NCBI GenBank assembly: GCA_951406725.2
Contig: OX597836.1
Location: 11,780,001 to 11,844,000, forward strand
Origin: Octopus vulgaris
Taxonomy: Eukaryota
Direction of reading: 5' to 3'
DNA: 64,000 nt
Shown here one piece after another: positions 43,492 to 58,633 of the stretch; position 1 is the stretch's first letter; every line of letters starts with the position of its first letter. Both the position numbers and the translations under genes were made by a program. The notes beneath the pieces were generated by a model. It was not told the DNA's origin, searched no databases, and saw nothing but the letters and a program-made list of their open reading frames with translations.

Positions 43492-43642
43492 CTATTATTA
43501 TTATCGTCGTCATCATCATTATTATTATTATTATCATTATTAATATTATTGTTGTTATTATTATTATTATTATTATCATCATCATCATCATCATTATTAT
43601 TATTTTATTATCATTATTAATATTATTATTATTATTATCATT

Positions 43643-43677
<35 letters not shown>

Positions 43678-44189
43678 TATTTATTGAATTCATTTACATG
43701 TCATTGGTCGGTCCGGTACTATAGAACTAGACATTTCCCCTCCGGGTTGGACTAACCTCGCGCAGTGCGACTGAACACAAAGCCAAGCGGTCGAAAAGCG
43801 AGCTCTTTAACCACGCAGCCATCGCTTCGTCAATGAGAAAAAAAATATTTGGCTGAGAGCATTTTACATATTCTCACAGAACCAAATTAATTACTAATTC
43901 TCTCTATCCGGACCAATGCAGTAATTTATATTAATGGTAGTTAAAACACATTTTCTGCTGCATGACAATAATTTTGACTAATTATTGTTAGAATAACAGA
44001 AATTATCCCTAAAAATTAAGTTTATTTAACTTTTAAGCTTATAGAAAACAAAATACATGTCACCTATACGTATTTGTGGTGCTTACAGAAATTAATTTGT
44101 TAATTGATAACAAATATTTTTTCACAGACTTTTATGTGGGAAATCTTTTGAAATATCAGGCTTGGCTCAGTGGTTAATGAGGTCACTTT

Positions 44190-44433
44190 GCTCTTTTACT
44201 CTTTTACTTGTTTCAGACATTTGACTGTGGCCATGCTGGAGCACCGCCTTTAGTCGAGCAAAGCGACCCCTGGGCTTATTCTTTGTAAGCCTAGTGCTTA
44301 TTCTAACGGTCTCCTTTGCCGAACCGCTGGCTTACGGGGATGTAAACACACCAGCACCGGTTGTCGAGCGATGCTGGGAGGACAAACACAAACACATACA
44401 TACATACATACATACATACATACATACATACAT

Positions 44434-44506
<73 letters not shown>

Positions 44507-44554
44507 TATATACGACGGGCTTCTTTCAGTTTCCGTCTACCAAATCCACTCACA
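44190..44554 (-). mobile_element. SINE-A, head truncated
   Basis: Tail, core and microsatellite match. Confidence 0.85.
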
Positions 44555-44680
44555 AACCTAACGAACCACATTTGATAATAAAGATCATTATTAACGCCAT
44601 CGGACGGGTGATCACAATACGAATCATTTCTTATCAAGGGCCATGCCATGCCTCCCACTACACCGGTCCTCATATACATC

Positions 44681-45220
44681 ACTAGCAGTATCGCCCGGCG
44701 TTGCTCGGGTTTGTTTCGACCCTTTAGAATTGGAATTTTTGTAAAGTAAAAATTCTGCATTATGTATTCATATACAACACACAAATTTCTGCACATGAAC
44801 CCGGAGTTTCTACCCTTGGACAGGTCGCTTCAACCGTGTTTCTGACGTGAATTTGCTACCCAGGTTTCGGTTAAACGAATTTTCCATGTTGACGATAAAC
44901 ATAGGATAATTCATTCACCTATTTAAGTGAAATTTTTTCTGGTTGAAATACACCGAAAAATGGCAACACAGCAGTCAAAAAATCGTAAAAAATAAGGATT
45001 TTCATAGAAAAAAAGCACCTTTTTGATGAAAATAAGTTTTGGTGTTAACATAGTCCAATTTGAATTTTTTCTTCTACGCAAGAAAGAGCAAGCCTTCTTC
45101 TATCATACTCTTGATTTTGGTCAACTTGCGCCGGAGGATCTCGGAGGAGATAGTGTTAGTTGAAGGCTACCAAACCTGCCATACACAGACAGACAACTTC
45201 AGTTTTATATATCTAGAGAT
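44681..45220 (+). mobile_element. Non-autonomous Helitron/Helentron-associated (HINE/DINE-1-like) element
   Basis: 5' ACTAGCAGTATCGCCCGGCGTTGCTCGGG with a subterminal inverted repeat; 3' ACAGACAGACA...TTTTATATAT..AGAT. Pattern recalled, not searched. Confidence 0.55.
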
Positions 45221-45483
45221 TTGGTTTGGTTTTTACGTTGACGTTCTAGACGCCGTTCCTAACAGTGACCACCGCTTTGAGAGTGCACTGGGTGCATTTC
45301 TCACGGCAATAGCGCGATAGAGGTCGCAAGTCGAGTAAATTGTACTTTTAAGAGTCCATTAGAACGAAAGATACTTAAAACAAGACGTTAATTTAGCTAA
45401 AAGGATGCTATGACAACGTTCGCTTTCTGCTTCTCATTATTATATTATCTACGTAAACCTACCTGTTCCATATGTGTGTGGGG

Positions 45484-45530
<47 letters not shown>

Positions 45531-45913
45531 GGGTGGGGAACTATGTATTGGTAATTTGTGTGGCAATATACACACACATACACACACACACACACAGTCG
45601 AATAAATCGATAGAATGGTAGATCGTTATCAATCCACATATGCATATATACATACGTGTGTGTGTGTGTGTGTGTGGAGGGGGTGTATGTATGTGTCTGT
45701 GAGTGAGAGTGCGTGTGTTTGTGTGTGCATGTGCCTGAGTGTGTGTGTGCTGGTGTGTGTGTATGTGAGTGTATGTGTATGTGTATGTATATGTATATAT
45801 ATATATGTATGTATATATAAATATATAAATACATATATATATATATACATAAATGTACGTATGAATGTATTTATATATGTAAATATCTGTGCATTTAAAT
45901 ATATTAATGTGTA

Positions 45914-45956
<43 letters not shown>

Positions 45957-46513
45957 GCGTGTGTATGTATGTATCTATGCATGTATGTATGCATGTAGGT
46001 ATGTGTGTATGTATGTAGTATGTATGTATGTATGTATGCATGTATGTATGCATGTATGTGTGTATGTATGTATGTATTATGTATGTATGTATGTATGCAT
46101 GCATGTATGTATGTATGCATGTATGTATGCATGTAGGTATGTGTGTATGCATGTATGTATGTATATGTACGCATGTATGTTTTTATGCATGCAGGTGTGA
46201 GTGTGGGTGTAATGTATTTATGCTTATTGTACAAGGTATGGCCAGAATGGCAAATCGATCGCGTTACCTATATATAAAGACACGCGCGCGGGCACCCGCG
46301 CACATACACACATACGCTCATATATATGTCTGTGGGTTGGTGTGTTGGTATATGTATGTAAATGCATACCTGTACTCATACAAAGATACACAAACACACA
46401 CATACGTGTGTATATAAGTATGCGTTTGGCTAAAGTTATGCACTAATGTATGTAACTACGCATGAATATATGTACCTACAAATATGCATGTAAGTGCGCA
46501 ATTACTTACGTGT

Positions 46514-46567
<54 letters not shown>

Positions 46568-46697
46568 TTATATATATACATGCATATATATATACACAGA
46601 AATATATCTATTTATATATATATATGTATACATATATATATATATAACAACATATATGCATGTTTATATATACATGTATATACATTGTGTGTATATA

Positions 46698-46738
<41 letters not shown>

Positions 46739-47080
46739 TATGTATATATTTATATATGTATGTATGCATGCATGTATGTATATATATGTATTTATATATA
46801 TATATTTACCATATGTTTATATATATATATACACCATATGTATGCATATATATCACGTATATATATATGTGTGTGTATCTATGTACATATATATAACATA
46901 TATATGCATATATATATATACATACCATTTATATATATATAGATATGTGTGTCTGTATGTATATGCGTGTGTGCATATATACGTATTATATGTATATTTA
47001 TATATTTATGTATATATATGTATATATGCATATATATGTATACATATATATATATATATGTATATATGTATATATGTATG

Positions 47081-47141
<61 letters not shown>

Positions 47142-47470
47142 CAGACGCAAACAGATACACACACTAAGAACACTGAGTAATTTTTAATAGTCTCTGAAAA
47201 GCAAAATGATGACAATTTGTCATTTGATCAAAGAACGTTCTAGTGACAGGCGTACATTTTTAGTGGAGAATAACAAGAGAATTTTGGTTGGCATCGATTT
47301 TATGAATGTTTCGATTCGTGTAGAGAACTCACAAATTTCCGATAGTTAGTGAAGCGAAACGATTCTCATACAAACGTTAATAGTTAATGGCTGACAAAAG
47401 ACACACATACCACACATATATAATACATTCATATACACATACATGCACATATGTGTTGAAATATGTGCGA

Positions 47471-47539
<69 letters not shown>

Positions 47540-47801
47540 TTGTGTGTGTGTCTGTGAGCGTAAACTTGTGGGTGCATATATGCAATTTTTCATATTGATG
47601 GCTGATGGGTGTGCAACATTTGACGTATGTATTTAAAATCGTATATGTATATTAAATATTACAAGCGCCATTTCGTCGTAATATATGTATATCAGAAATA
47701 TAATACATATATGTATGTACGTATGTGTCTATATATATATATATATATATATACATACATGCATACATACATACATACATACATACATACATACATACGT
47801 A

Positions 47802-47837
<36 letters not shown>

Positions 47838-48054
47838 TGTACGTATGTATATTTACATACACACTAACATAAGTATCAATTTACTATAAATGTATATCTC
47901 TGTATGCATATATATTATATATATATGTACATATACATATACATTCATGAATATATATTTTTAAAAAAACGTACACATCTGCATACATGAGTTTGTGCCT
48001 TCACCAAAGTACATGAAATATAATACATTTATACATACATACATGTATATATGT

Positions 48055-48115
<61 letters not shown>

Positions 48116-48252
48116 TGTATATATGTATAGATATGTATGTACATATGTATGTATATGCATAGATATGTATATATACATATATATGCATATATATATATAT
48201 ACATATATGTATACATATACATATATATGTGCATATATAAATACATATATAT

Positions 48253-48325
<73 letters not shown>

Positions 48326-48452
48326 GTCAACAAGCACACGTACTCGCGTGCGTCTGCGGGTGAGTCGACATTAAATTATGCGCTCTACTATTTTACATAT
48401 TGCTTTTACATTATCGATGGGTGTATGTGTAATATATATATATATGCATGTT

Positions 48453-48488
<36 letters not shown>

Positions 48489-48492
48489 TGCG

Positions 48493-48586
<94 letters not shown>

Positions 48587-49362
48587 ATTGGGGATATAAC
48601 GCATGCGTACAAATGCTTGTGCACCTAGATATATTTCTAGCAATATGCTGGCATGCTTCTTTGATAAGACGTCACGTGCGGTTCTATACTTTTGTGCGTG
48701 CACATACGAACGCCTGTGTACATGATCAACATACGTCGATGTTTATGTGCGGTACGTGTGTGCGTGTGAACCTTACGTTCGAGAGAGACCAGACCAGAAG
48801 ATTGAGAGAAACGTGCCTCTCATTAAACGAAGGTCAACTAATTACGATATGAGTGTTTATGTGTGTGTGCGTGTTTGTGTGTGTGTGTGCGTGCGTAGTG
48901 TTCTGCATGTTCTGTTAGATATACGACTATTATTGTAGAACTTAGGGCTTCGTGTTGATTATCATTCCGCAGTCAGATTCCGGTATCCGGGATGGGATAG
49001 CTTGGTACTATACGTAGCAGTGTTTCTAGTTACGATGTACAGAGTTTACATAATGGGAATTCAGATAAAACTTGTATAAATATAAATACTTAGTTCCTTC
49101 GTAATTTCGCCATTGCAGTTACTTGAAACCCAACTCCGGATGTCCCCAAATGCATTTGGTTGCCTAGCCTTCATGAATCATGTAACACAAATACTTATCG
49201 CATTAGAAAAAGAATGTAATATTTGTGAATCCCCCCCCCCAAAAAAAAAAACTGCAGTCATGAAACACTCGTAGGAACTGATTATTTATGTTGGTTTTAT
49301 CGTAACGTGTGTAGGTGTGTATGTTTATATATGAATACACACACACACACACACACACACAC

Positions 49363-49406
<44 letters not shown>

Positions 49407-49477
49407 GTATGTATGTATGTATGTATGCATGTATGTATGTATATATATATGTATATATATGTATATATATATATATG

Positions 49478-49509
<32 letters not shown>

Positions 49510-49637
49510 TGTATGCATGTATGTATGTATGTATATATATATATATGTATATATATGTATATATATATATATGTGTATGTATGTATGTATGTATGTATGT
49601 ATGTATGTATGTATGTGTGTATGTATGTATGTATATA

Positions 49638-49689
<52 letters not shown>

Positions 49690-49830
49690 GGGGCGCATGA
49701 CTCAGTGGTTAGAGTATCGGGCTCGTAATCACGAGGCAGTGGGTTCGATTTCCGGACCGGGTTGTACGTGGTGTTCTTGAGCAAGACACTTTATTTCACG
49801 TTGCTCCAGTTCACTCAGCTGTGGAAATGA
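49690..49830 (+). mobile_element. SINE-D
   Basis: Same family as 10511-10653. Confidence 0.8.
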
Positions 49831-49995
49831 CTGCGGCCATACTTGAGCACTGCCTTAGCTCGAACAAATCGACACCAAGACTTAAGCCTAGAACTTATTC
49901 TAACTGTCTTCTTTGCCGAACGGCTCAGTAACACGGACGTAAACCCACCAACATCCGTTATCCAGCGATGTGGGGGGAACACAGACACATACATA

Positions 49996-50093
<98 letters not shown>

Positions 50094-50278
50094 TGTATGT
50101 ATGTATGTATGTATACGACGGGTTTCTTTCGCTTTCCGTCTACCAAATCCACTCACAAGGTTTTGGGCGACCCGAGGCTACAGTAGAAGACACTTGCCCA
50201 AGGTGCCACGCAGTGGGACTGAACCCGGGACCATGTGGTTTGGAAGCAAGCTACTTACCACACAGCAACTCCTGCGCC
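49828..50278 (-). mobile_element. SINE-A abutting SINE-D
   Basis: Colinear with the reference copy. Confidence 0.85.
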
Positions 50279-50347
50279 TATATATATACGCATATATACA
50301 CACACACATATATATATAGAGAGAGAGAGAGGGAGAGAGAGAGAAAG

Positions 50348-50416
<69 letters not shown>

Positions 50417-50825
50417 TACACACACACATATATATATAAACCTACATGAATACATGTTTATAAGTAAGCATGTGCGAATGCAAATATTTATGAAAGCATT
50501 CATATGTGTGCGTGTGTATGTGTATGTCTGTATGTGTATGTCTGTATGTGTGTGTGCGTCAGCGTTCATGAATGTCTATATATATATGTATGTATGTGCG
50601 TGTTTCTGTATCTGTGTCTGTGTATTTGTATGTGTGTGTTTATGTATATATGTATACTTACGAATATACACATTCACAAAATGACGAAATAGACCGCATT
50701 TATTATAAATTACCAAATCAAAATAGTCGGCTGGACATATTGCACTAATAAATTGGTCTGCTGCCTTCATACATTTTGCAGGCTTATCGACATTTTGAAA
50801 CACACGCATGCGCACACACACACAC

Positions 50826-50869
<44 letters not shown>

Positions 50870-51127
50870 AAACTCATACACACAGAGACGCGTAAATGCC
50901 CTCATGCAATACATATTCGCAGACACAGACACATGATGGACGGTGTTCATAGAACCGCATATATCAATGACATAACACGTGTGTCTGTGTGTGTGAGCGT
51001 GTTTGTGCGTTTGCGTGTGTGTGTGTGTGTGTGTGTGAGTATGATTGAATGATCATTTATATCATTATGGGTGTTTCTAGATTGTACAAATGAAAAAAAG
51101 ACACACACACACACACACATATATGGA

Positions 51128-51528
51128 GGCGCAGGAGTGGCTGTGTGGTAAGTAGCTTGCTTACCAACCACATGGTTCCGGGTTCAGTCCCACTGCTTGG
51201 CACCTTGGGCAAGTGTCTTTTGCTATAGCCTCGGGCCGACCAATGCCTTGTGAGTGGATTTGGTAGGCGGAAACTGAAAGAAGCCTGTTGTATATATGTA
51301 TATATATATATGTGTGTGTGTATGTGTTTGTGTGTCTGTGTTTGTCCTCCTAGCATTGCTTGACAACCGATGCTTGTGTGTTTACGTCCCTGTCACTTAG
51401 CGGTTCGGCAAAAGAGACCGATAGAATAAGGAGTGCTCAGCCACTTGTACGTTAATTTCCCGAGCAAGCTGTTCCGTTGATCGTATCAGGTGGGACCCTC
51501 GTCGTCGTAACCGACGGAATGCTCCTAC
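51128..51528 (+). mobile_element. Chimeric SINE-A (51128-51430) / SINE-C 3' end (51431-51528)
   Basis: Junction agaataag|gagtgctcagcc. Confidence 0.85.
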
Positions 51529-52389
51529 ATGCATACACGCATACACATACACACATTTAAACATATATACACGTACATATATCCACATAAATTCATACAC
51601 ACATATGCACACATACATACATAGACAAAAATATATACATGCACACATACATATATACGCACACATACTTGCGCACACATATTCACACGAGCATACATAC
51701 TTATACATACTCAACTGTACAAACATACATGTACACACAAACACACGTATGCATACACATACGTATACATACACATATATACGCACATACATACGTATAT
51801 ATGCGTACATATACACATATATACGCACATACATACGTATATATGCGTATATATATACACATATATATGCACATACATACTAATACATACATGTATACAC
51901 TTACAAACACACATGTACACACATATACACACATACATGCATACTCTCGCACGCATACATACATACATACATACACAGATATACACACATACATACGCAT
52001 ATATACACACACATGCACACACATACATATATAAATACACATTCATATGCACATATACACACCTACACAGACACTCACACACACAGGTATACATATACAC
52101 ATACACACACATACATACACACATACACACACACATACATATATACATACACATTCATATTCACATACACACACGTACACAGACACTCACATACACAGAC
52201 ACATACATACACACATACACACACATGCAGTGGGGGGAAATAAATATTCGTACATGTCAAAATTCTTTATTTATTTAATTTCTAAAGAACATAAATGGGA
52301 TATACCAATACTATATTTGCATACACATGCATAAACTAAGAATATGCAAAAGAAACTAAGGAATTTATATACAATTATAAATATTTAGG

Positions 52390-53764
52390 GAGGAAAAAAG
52401 TATTCATACAGAACATAAATCAAGTGATTTCGGTCTTTCTGGGCCTATTGTCTATATAAGGTCTACTCTTCAGCGGTACTTTCATGTCTATCTGAGAGTG
52501 AATGTAGCCCTCTTTCAGACTCCAGATATATCTAGACAAGTCTGTTCTTTTTCTTTCTCCTGAAAATATACACAAAGAAAGCTGTCTAGTTGGCGTATCG
52601 CTGCCTGAACTTCCTTCTATTATCCTTATGTCAGTATAAAAGATACTGCCAGGAAGCTATTATCTATGTTATTCTTCGCATTTAATGATTATGGGGTATA
52701 GAGTAAAGTGTGTTTTAATTCTGGAGGATGAAGAATAAGCATTTATTAACTTTTCTCTTTAAAGCTACTATTTTGTAAAGCTCTATTGTAATGTGAGATT
52801 ATTCAACCAAAGATTCTATCAAAGAGGGATTAGAGATTCCTCAGCTAACATTGTGGATTATAGTTTTTAGTGTTAAAGTAAAGTCGTTCACCGGATTTTA
52901 CGGTTTGTATACATTTAGCTTGTTTGTATTAATATTATATAGTTTTTAGATTCAGATTGTTAAAGATGCTTATGAGCCCTTTCTTAAATATATCCAATGC
53001 ATGCCATGTTTTTTTGTTGTGTAACGGCCAAGCCATCATCTCTGTGTAACCCGATATTCGAGTTGCTAAATATAATCTTTAAAACATCTAATATATTTTC
53101 GCTGATCCGACATCTTCATATATCCATCAGTATGTTCCTCCAAAAACAACTCATAAATTATCAAAGAAACATTTGAAGCAATAAAACCGAATGCATATAT
53201 TTCATAAACACATGTGGATTAAAACATGTTACAATTTCTCGAAACATTCCCAAATAAGAGACAAGCGGTGCTCATATTCTTTTCTATACTAGGCACGAAG
53301 CCCGAAATTTGGGGGAGGAGGGCTAGTCGATTAGACCGACCCAAATACACAACTGGTGCTTAATTTATGGACCCGAAAGGATGAAAGGCAAAGTCGATCT
53401 CGGCAGATTTGAACTCAGAACGTAGCGGCAGACGAAATGCCGCTAAGCATTTCGCCTAACGTGCTAACGTTTCTGCCAGCTCGTCGCCCTAAGCGGGATT
53501 CATATTACAGAAGTCAAGCAATATACCTCGTTTAATTTATATGATAATTATTTTAAACACACAACGGCTTTTATTGTAGGCTTTGCGCTAGTTGTGTAGT
53601 TAAGGATGTCAATTCTTCACCAAAATTTTGTGCTTATTATTTTCATTCTTTTTTTTCTTTTCAGATTCATTAAATACGATTAATAAACAAATTTTTGGCA
53701 GAATTGCTGAAAATATGCCATTTCCGCATTTCGTGGTATCCAAGGCTACATAAAAGAGAAAGTA
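52390..53764 (-). pseudogene. Degenerate PLE RT plus GIY-YIG relic (GLYRDDGL type, possibly Nematis-like), interrupted by SINE-B
   Basis: Manual minus-strand translation across frameshifts: NSNIGLHRDDGLAV (53023-53058), HALDIFKKGLISIFNNLNLK, HYNRALQNSSFKEK, RTDLSRYIWSLKE. Confidence 0.7.
53285..53489 (-). mobile_element. SINE-B monomer
   Basis: Head, body and CCCTCCCCC-type tail. Confidence 0.9.
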
Positions 53765-53925
53765 TATACTTTGTTAAAAGTAAGTGAATGCAGACCAAAA
53801 AAATTTAAAGTGTTTCATGCCGTATAAAACTCGAAAGGATCAAAAGCAAAACAATAGTCCGCAAAATGGCGCCCAGATACTACAAAACATTCAATGTGAC
53901 ACTCTCATTATTGAAGTGGGATTAA

Positions 53926-54139
53926 GGCGGCGAGCCGGCAGAAACGTTAGAAACCCGGGCGAAATACTTAGCGGTATTTCGTCTGACTTTACGTTCTAAG
54001 TTCAAATTCCGCCGAGGTCGACTTTGCCTTTCATCTTTTCGGGGTCGATAAATTGGGTACCAGTTGCGTACTGCGCTCGATCTAATCGACTGGCCCCTCC
54101 CAAAAATTTAGTGCCTTGTGTCTAGAGTAGAAAGAATTA

Positions 54140-54193
<54 letters not shown>

Positions 54194-54431
54194 ATCATCA
54201 TCATCATTATTAATATTATTACTAAGGTGGCAAGTTGGCAGAATCATTAGCGCGCCAGGCAAAATGCATTGCAGTATTTCGTCCGTTTTCACGTTCTGAG
54301 TTCAAATTCCGTCCACCTTACCTTTCATACTTTTGCAATCGATAAATTAAGTACCAGTGAAACACTGGGGTCAATGTAATCGACTAATGCAGTCCCCACA
54401 AATTTCAGGCCTTGTGCCTATAGTAGAAAAG

Positions 54432-54432
<1 letters not shown>
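53926..54432 (+). mobile_element. Two SINE-B monomers (53926-54138, 54226-54432), each followed by (ATT)n
   Basis: Each has head, body and tail. Confidence 0.85.
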
Positions 54433-54477
<45 letters not shown>

Positions 54478-54508
54478 TTGTACATGAATCGCGCTCACGA
54501 TTACTCTG

Positions 54509-55814
54509 CCAAAGATTCTATCAAAGAGGGATTAGAGATTCCTCAGCTAACATTGTAGATCATAGTTTTTAGTGATAAAGTAAAGACGTTCACTGGATTT
54601 TAAGTATTGTATGCATCTAGCTTATTGGTGTTAATATTATATAGTTTTTAGATTCAGGTTGTTAAAGATGCTTATGAGCCCTTTCTTAAATATATCCAAT
54701 GCATGCCATGTTTTTTTTGTTGTGTAACGGCCAAGCCATCATCTCTGTGTAACCCGATATTCGAGTTGCTAAATATAATCTTTAAAACATCTAATATATT
54801 TTCGCTGATCCGACATCTTCATATATCCATCAGTATGTTCTTCCAAAAACAACTCATATATTATCAAGGAACCAGTTAAAGGAATAAAACCACATACATG
54901 TATTTCATAAACACATATGAATTAAAATATGTTACAATTTCTCGAAACATTCCCAAATAAGAGACAAGCGGTATTCATATTCTTTTCTACTCTAGTCACA
55001 AAGCCTGAAATTTGGGGGAGGAGGACCAGTCGATCAGATCGACCCCAGTACGCAACTGGTACTTAATTTATGGACCCGAAAGGATGAAAGGCAAAGTCAA
55101 CCTCGGTGGAATTTGAACTCAGAACGTAAAGTCAGACGAAATACCTATTTCTTTACTACCCACAAGGACAGACAAAGGGATTAAGTCGATTACATCGACA
55201 TCAGTACGTAACTGGTACTTATTTAATCGACCCTGGAAGGATGAAAGGCAAAGTCGACCTCGGTGGAATTTGAACTCAGAACGTAAAGTCAGACGGAATA
55301 CCTATTTCTTTACTACCCACAAGGGGCTAAACACAGAGTGGACAAACAAGGACAGACAAACGGATTAAGTCGATTACATCGACGCCAATGCGTAACTGGT
55401 ACTTATTTAATCGACTCTGGAAGGATGAAAGGCAAAGATGACCTCGGCGGAATTTGAACTCAGAACGTAGCGGCGGACGTAATACCGCTAAGCATTTCGC
55501 CTGACGCTCTAACGATTCTGCCAGCTCGCTGCCTTAAACAGGATTCATATTACACAACTCAAGCAATATACCTCGTTTAATTTATATGATATTTACTTTA
55601 AACACACAACGGCTTTTATTGTAGGCTCTGCGCTAGTTGTGTAGTTAAGGATGTCAATTCTTCACCAAAATTTTGTGCTTATTATTTTCTTCTTTTTTCT
55701 TTTCTTTTCAGATTCATTAAATACGATTAATAAACAAATTTTTTAGCAGAATTGCTGAAAATATGCCATTTCCGCATTTCGTGGTATCCAAGGCTAACAT
55801 AAAAGAGAAAGTAT
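54509..55814 (-). repeat. Tandem segmental duplicate of 52807-53764 (PLE relic plus SINE-B)
   Basis: Colinear from ccaaagattctatcaaagaggg to taaaagagaaagtat, with a SINE-B at the same site in both copies. Confidence 0.9.
54986..55535 (-). mobile_element. SINE-B trimer inside the duplicated segment
   Basis: Three bodies; same flanks as the monomer at 53285-53489. Confidence 0.9.
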
Positions 55815-55906
55815 GCAAGATGGAAGAAGAACAGCGATCGAAGTTTTAAGGAAATATTTATTCGCCGTTTCTTTGTGTAATGTCTTGCGTCGATGAACAA
55901 GTGTAT

Positions 55907-56082
55907 TCTTTTTATTCTTTTTCTTGTTTCAGTCGTTTGACTGCGGCCATGCTGGAGCACCACCTTTAGTCGAGCAAATCGACCCCAGGACTTATTCTTT
56001 GTAAGCCCAGTACATATTCCTGTCATTTCTTTTGCCGAACCGCATCGATTGCCAAGCGATGTTGGGGGTACAAACAGACACA

Positions 56083-56164
<82 letters not shown>

Positions 56165-56330
56165 CATATATGCGACGGGCTTCTTTCAGTTTCCGTCTAC
56201 CAAATCCACTCACAAGGCATTGGTCGGCCCGAGGCTATAGTAGAAGACACTTGCCCAAGATGCCACACAGTAAAACTTAACCTGGAACCATGTGGTTGGT
56301 AAGCAAGCTACTTACCACACAGCCACTCCT
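55907..56330 (-). mobile_element. SINE-A
   Basis: Colinear, with a small core deletion. Confidence 0.85.
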
Positions 56331-57171
56331 TTTATATGTATCATATAAAAGCATTAGGGTTATCTTTTCTTGTATGTTGATGCTGGTTATGTTTGGTCAA
56401 CTGTTAGCTGCCCAACTAGGAATTAGAGGAAGACAGAGCGAATGTCAAATGCAGGGAGTCGACAAAGTAATACCTTCATTGTGCCTGACATTTAAACAGT
56501 AGTGGTGTTGTGATAAGACACTGCATCATAGTTGACATTCTCACTGGTAAGCCCTTCTCTCAGTTGAATTATCACGCTGACTAGATTTTGCCTGTTGTCG
56601 CCTTTCTGTCATCTCTTTTTTTGCCAGGGAATCTTCTGTATATACAATTGTCGCAAGATCGCGAGAAAGAGAGCCATACCGTTATCCAAACAATGGGTAT
56701 TTTGGGAGGACTATTGTTCTATCAATTAAACTCTCCACTGCATGCAAAAAGGTTGGCAGAGGTCAAGTGGCAAAAATATTATTCTACTTGGCGAAGGCAT
56801 CTAGCGAATGTAACTGCTGTCAACTTAATGTTTCTCTGTCGGAAAAAGTTCGTTGTATTGTTAAGTGAAATTTGGTTATCGAGGATCGAATCCACGCTAT
56901 GCCTTCATGAAACCGCTACATATATATGCATGAATGCTTGCACGTATATATGTATGCATGTATATATGCATGTATGTATGTATGCATGCATGTATGTATG
57001 CATATATATATGTATGTATGTATGTAGTATGCATGTATGTATGCATGTATGTATGTTTGTATGTATGTATGCATTGTATATATGCATGCATGCATGTATG
57101 TATGCATGTATGCATGTATTGATAGATGCATGCATGTATGTATTTATGTATGTAAGCATAAACGTCAGTCT

Positions 57172-57205
<34 letters not shown>

Positions 57206-58378
57206 TATGTATGTATGTATGTGTGTATGTATGTATGTGTGTATGTATGAATGTATGTATGTATATGTATGTATGCATGTATGTATGTATGTATGTATGT
57301 ATGTATGTATTATGTATGCATGTATGTATACATGTATGTATGTATGTATGTATGCATGTATGTATGTATGTATTTATGTATGTATGTATGTATGTATGTA
57401 TTATGTATGTATGTATGTGTATGTATGTATGAATGTATGTATGTATGTATGTATGTATGTATGTATGTTTGTATGCATGTTTGTATGCATGTTTGTATGT
57501 ATGTATGCATGTATGTATGCGTGTATGTATGCATGTATGTATGTATGTATGTATGTATGTATGGATGGATGTATGTATGTATGTATGTATGTATGTATGT
57601 ATGTATGTATGCATGTATGTGTGGAATGATGAACGGATGGATGGATGGAAGGATGGACGGATGGATGGACGGGTGGATGTTCTGCCTCAGACAGAACGGA
57701 GATTAAAATGACCTGATACTTCCATTTCTTTTTCTCTACAGATATGCGTGTATGTGTATCTGTGTAAGCTCTGTGCGTGTGTGTGTGTGCGCGCGCTCGT
57801 GTGTGTGTGTGCGCGCGCGCTCGTGTGGGAGCGAATATGTTTGTTGACGTCATTCACGTATCTGTCCATTTGCTGATTGGCTGAAAATAACTTTCCTGTG
57901 TTGATGAAAATTTTCGGAAGAGAAGAAAAAAAACAAAAATGTATATATATATATATATCAATCTATTTCCACAGAAATACGCTCACACACACACACACAC
58001 ACACACATACACCACACACAAACACACAATATATATTTATATAGGAACATATATATTCATACAAACACACACAGATACACACACACATATATTCATGTAC
58101 ATGCATGTATAGGTACCCACCCACATGGTTATACACACACACATGGTTATACGTATATGTACATATATATATATTCATATTTATGTATATAGCTATATAT
58201 ATATATAGCATATATTTAAACATATATACATATTCATAAATATATATGCATATATATACACATATATACATATATATATGTATACATATATACATATGTA
58301 CATATGCACATATGTATATATATATATATATACATGTGCATGTGTACACATATGCGCATGTATATAAATATATGTATG

Positions 58379-58418
<40 letters not shown>

Positions 58419-58550
58419 TGTATATATATATATACACACATATATATATATATGTATATATACACAGTAAGATAGCTAACTAGCTAGATAGATAAGTACA
58501 TACATATACATATACATACACTCACATTACGTATATATACATATAATTAT

Positions 58551-58633
<83 letters not shown>

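Noticed and set aside
53665-53779. Exon with strong acceptor and GTAAGT donor
   Set aside because: All three frames contain stops and it lies antisense in the PLE relic; at most a non-coding exon.
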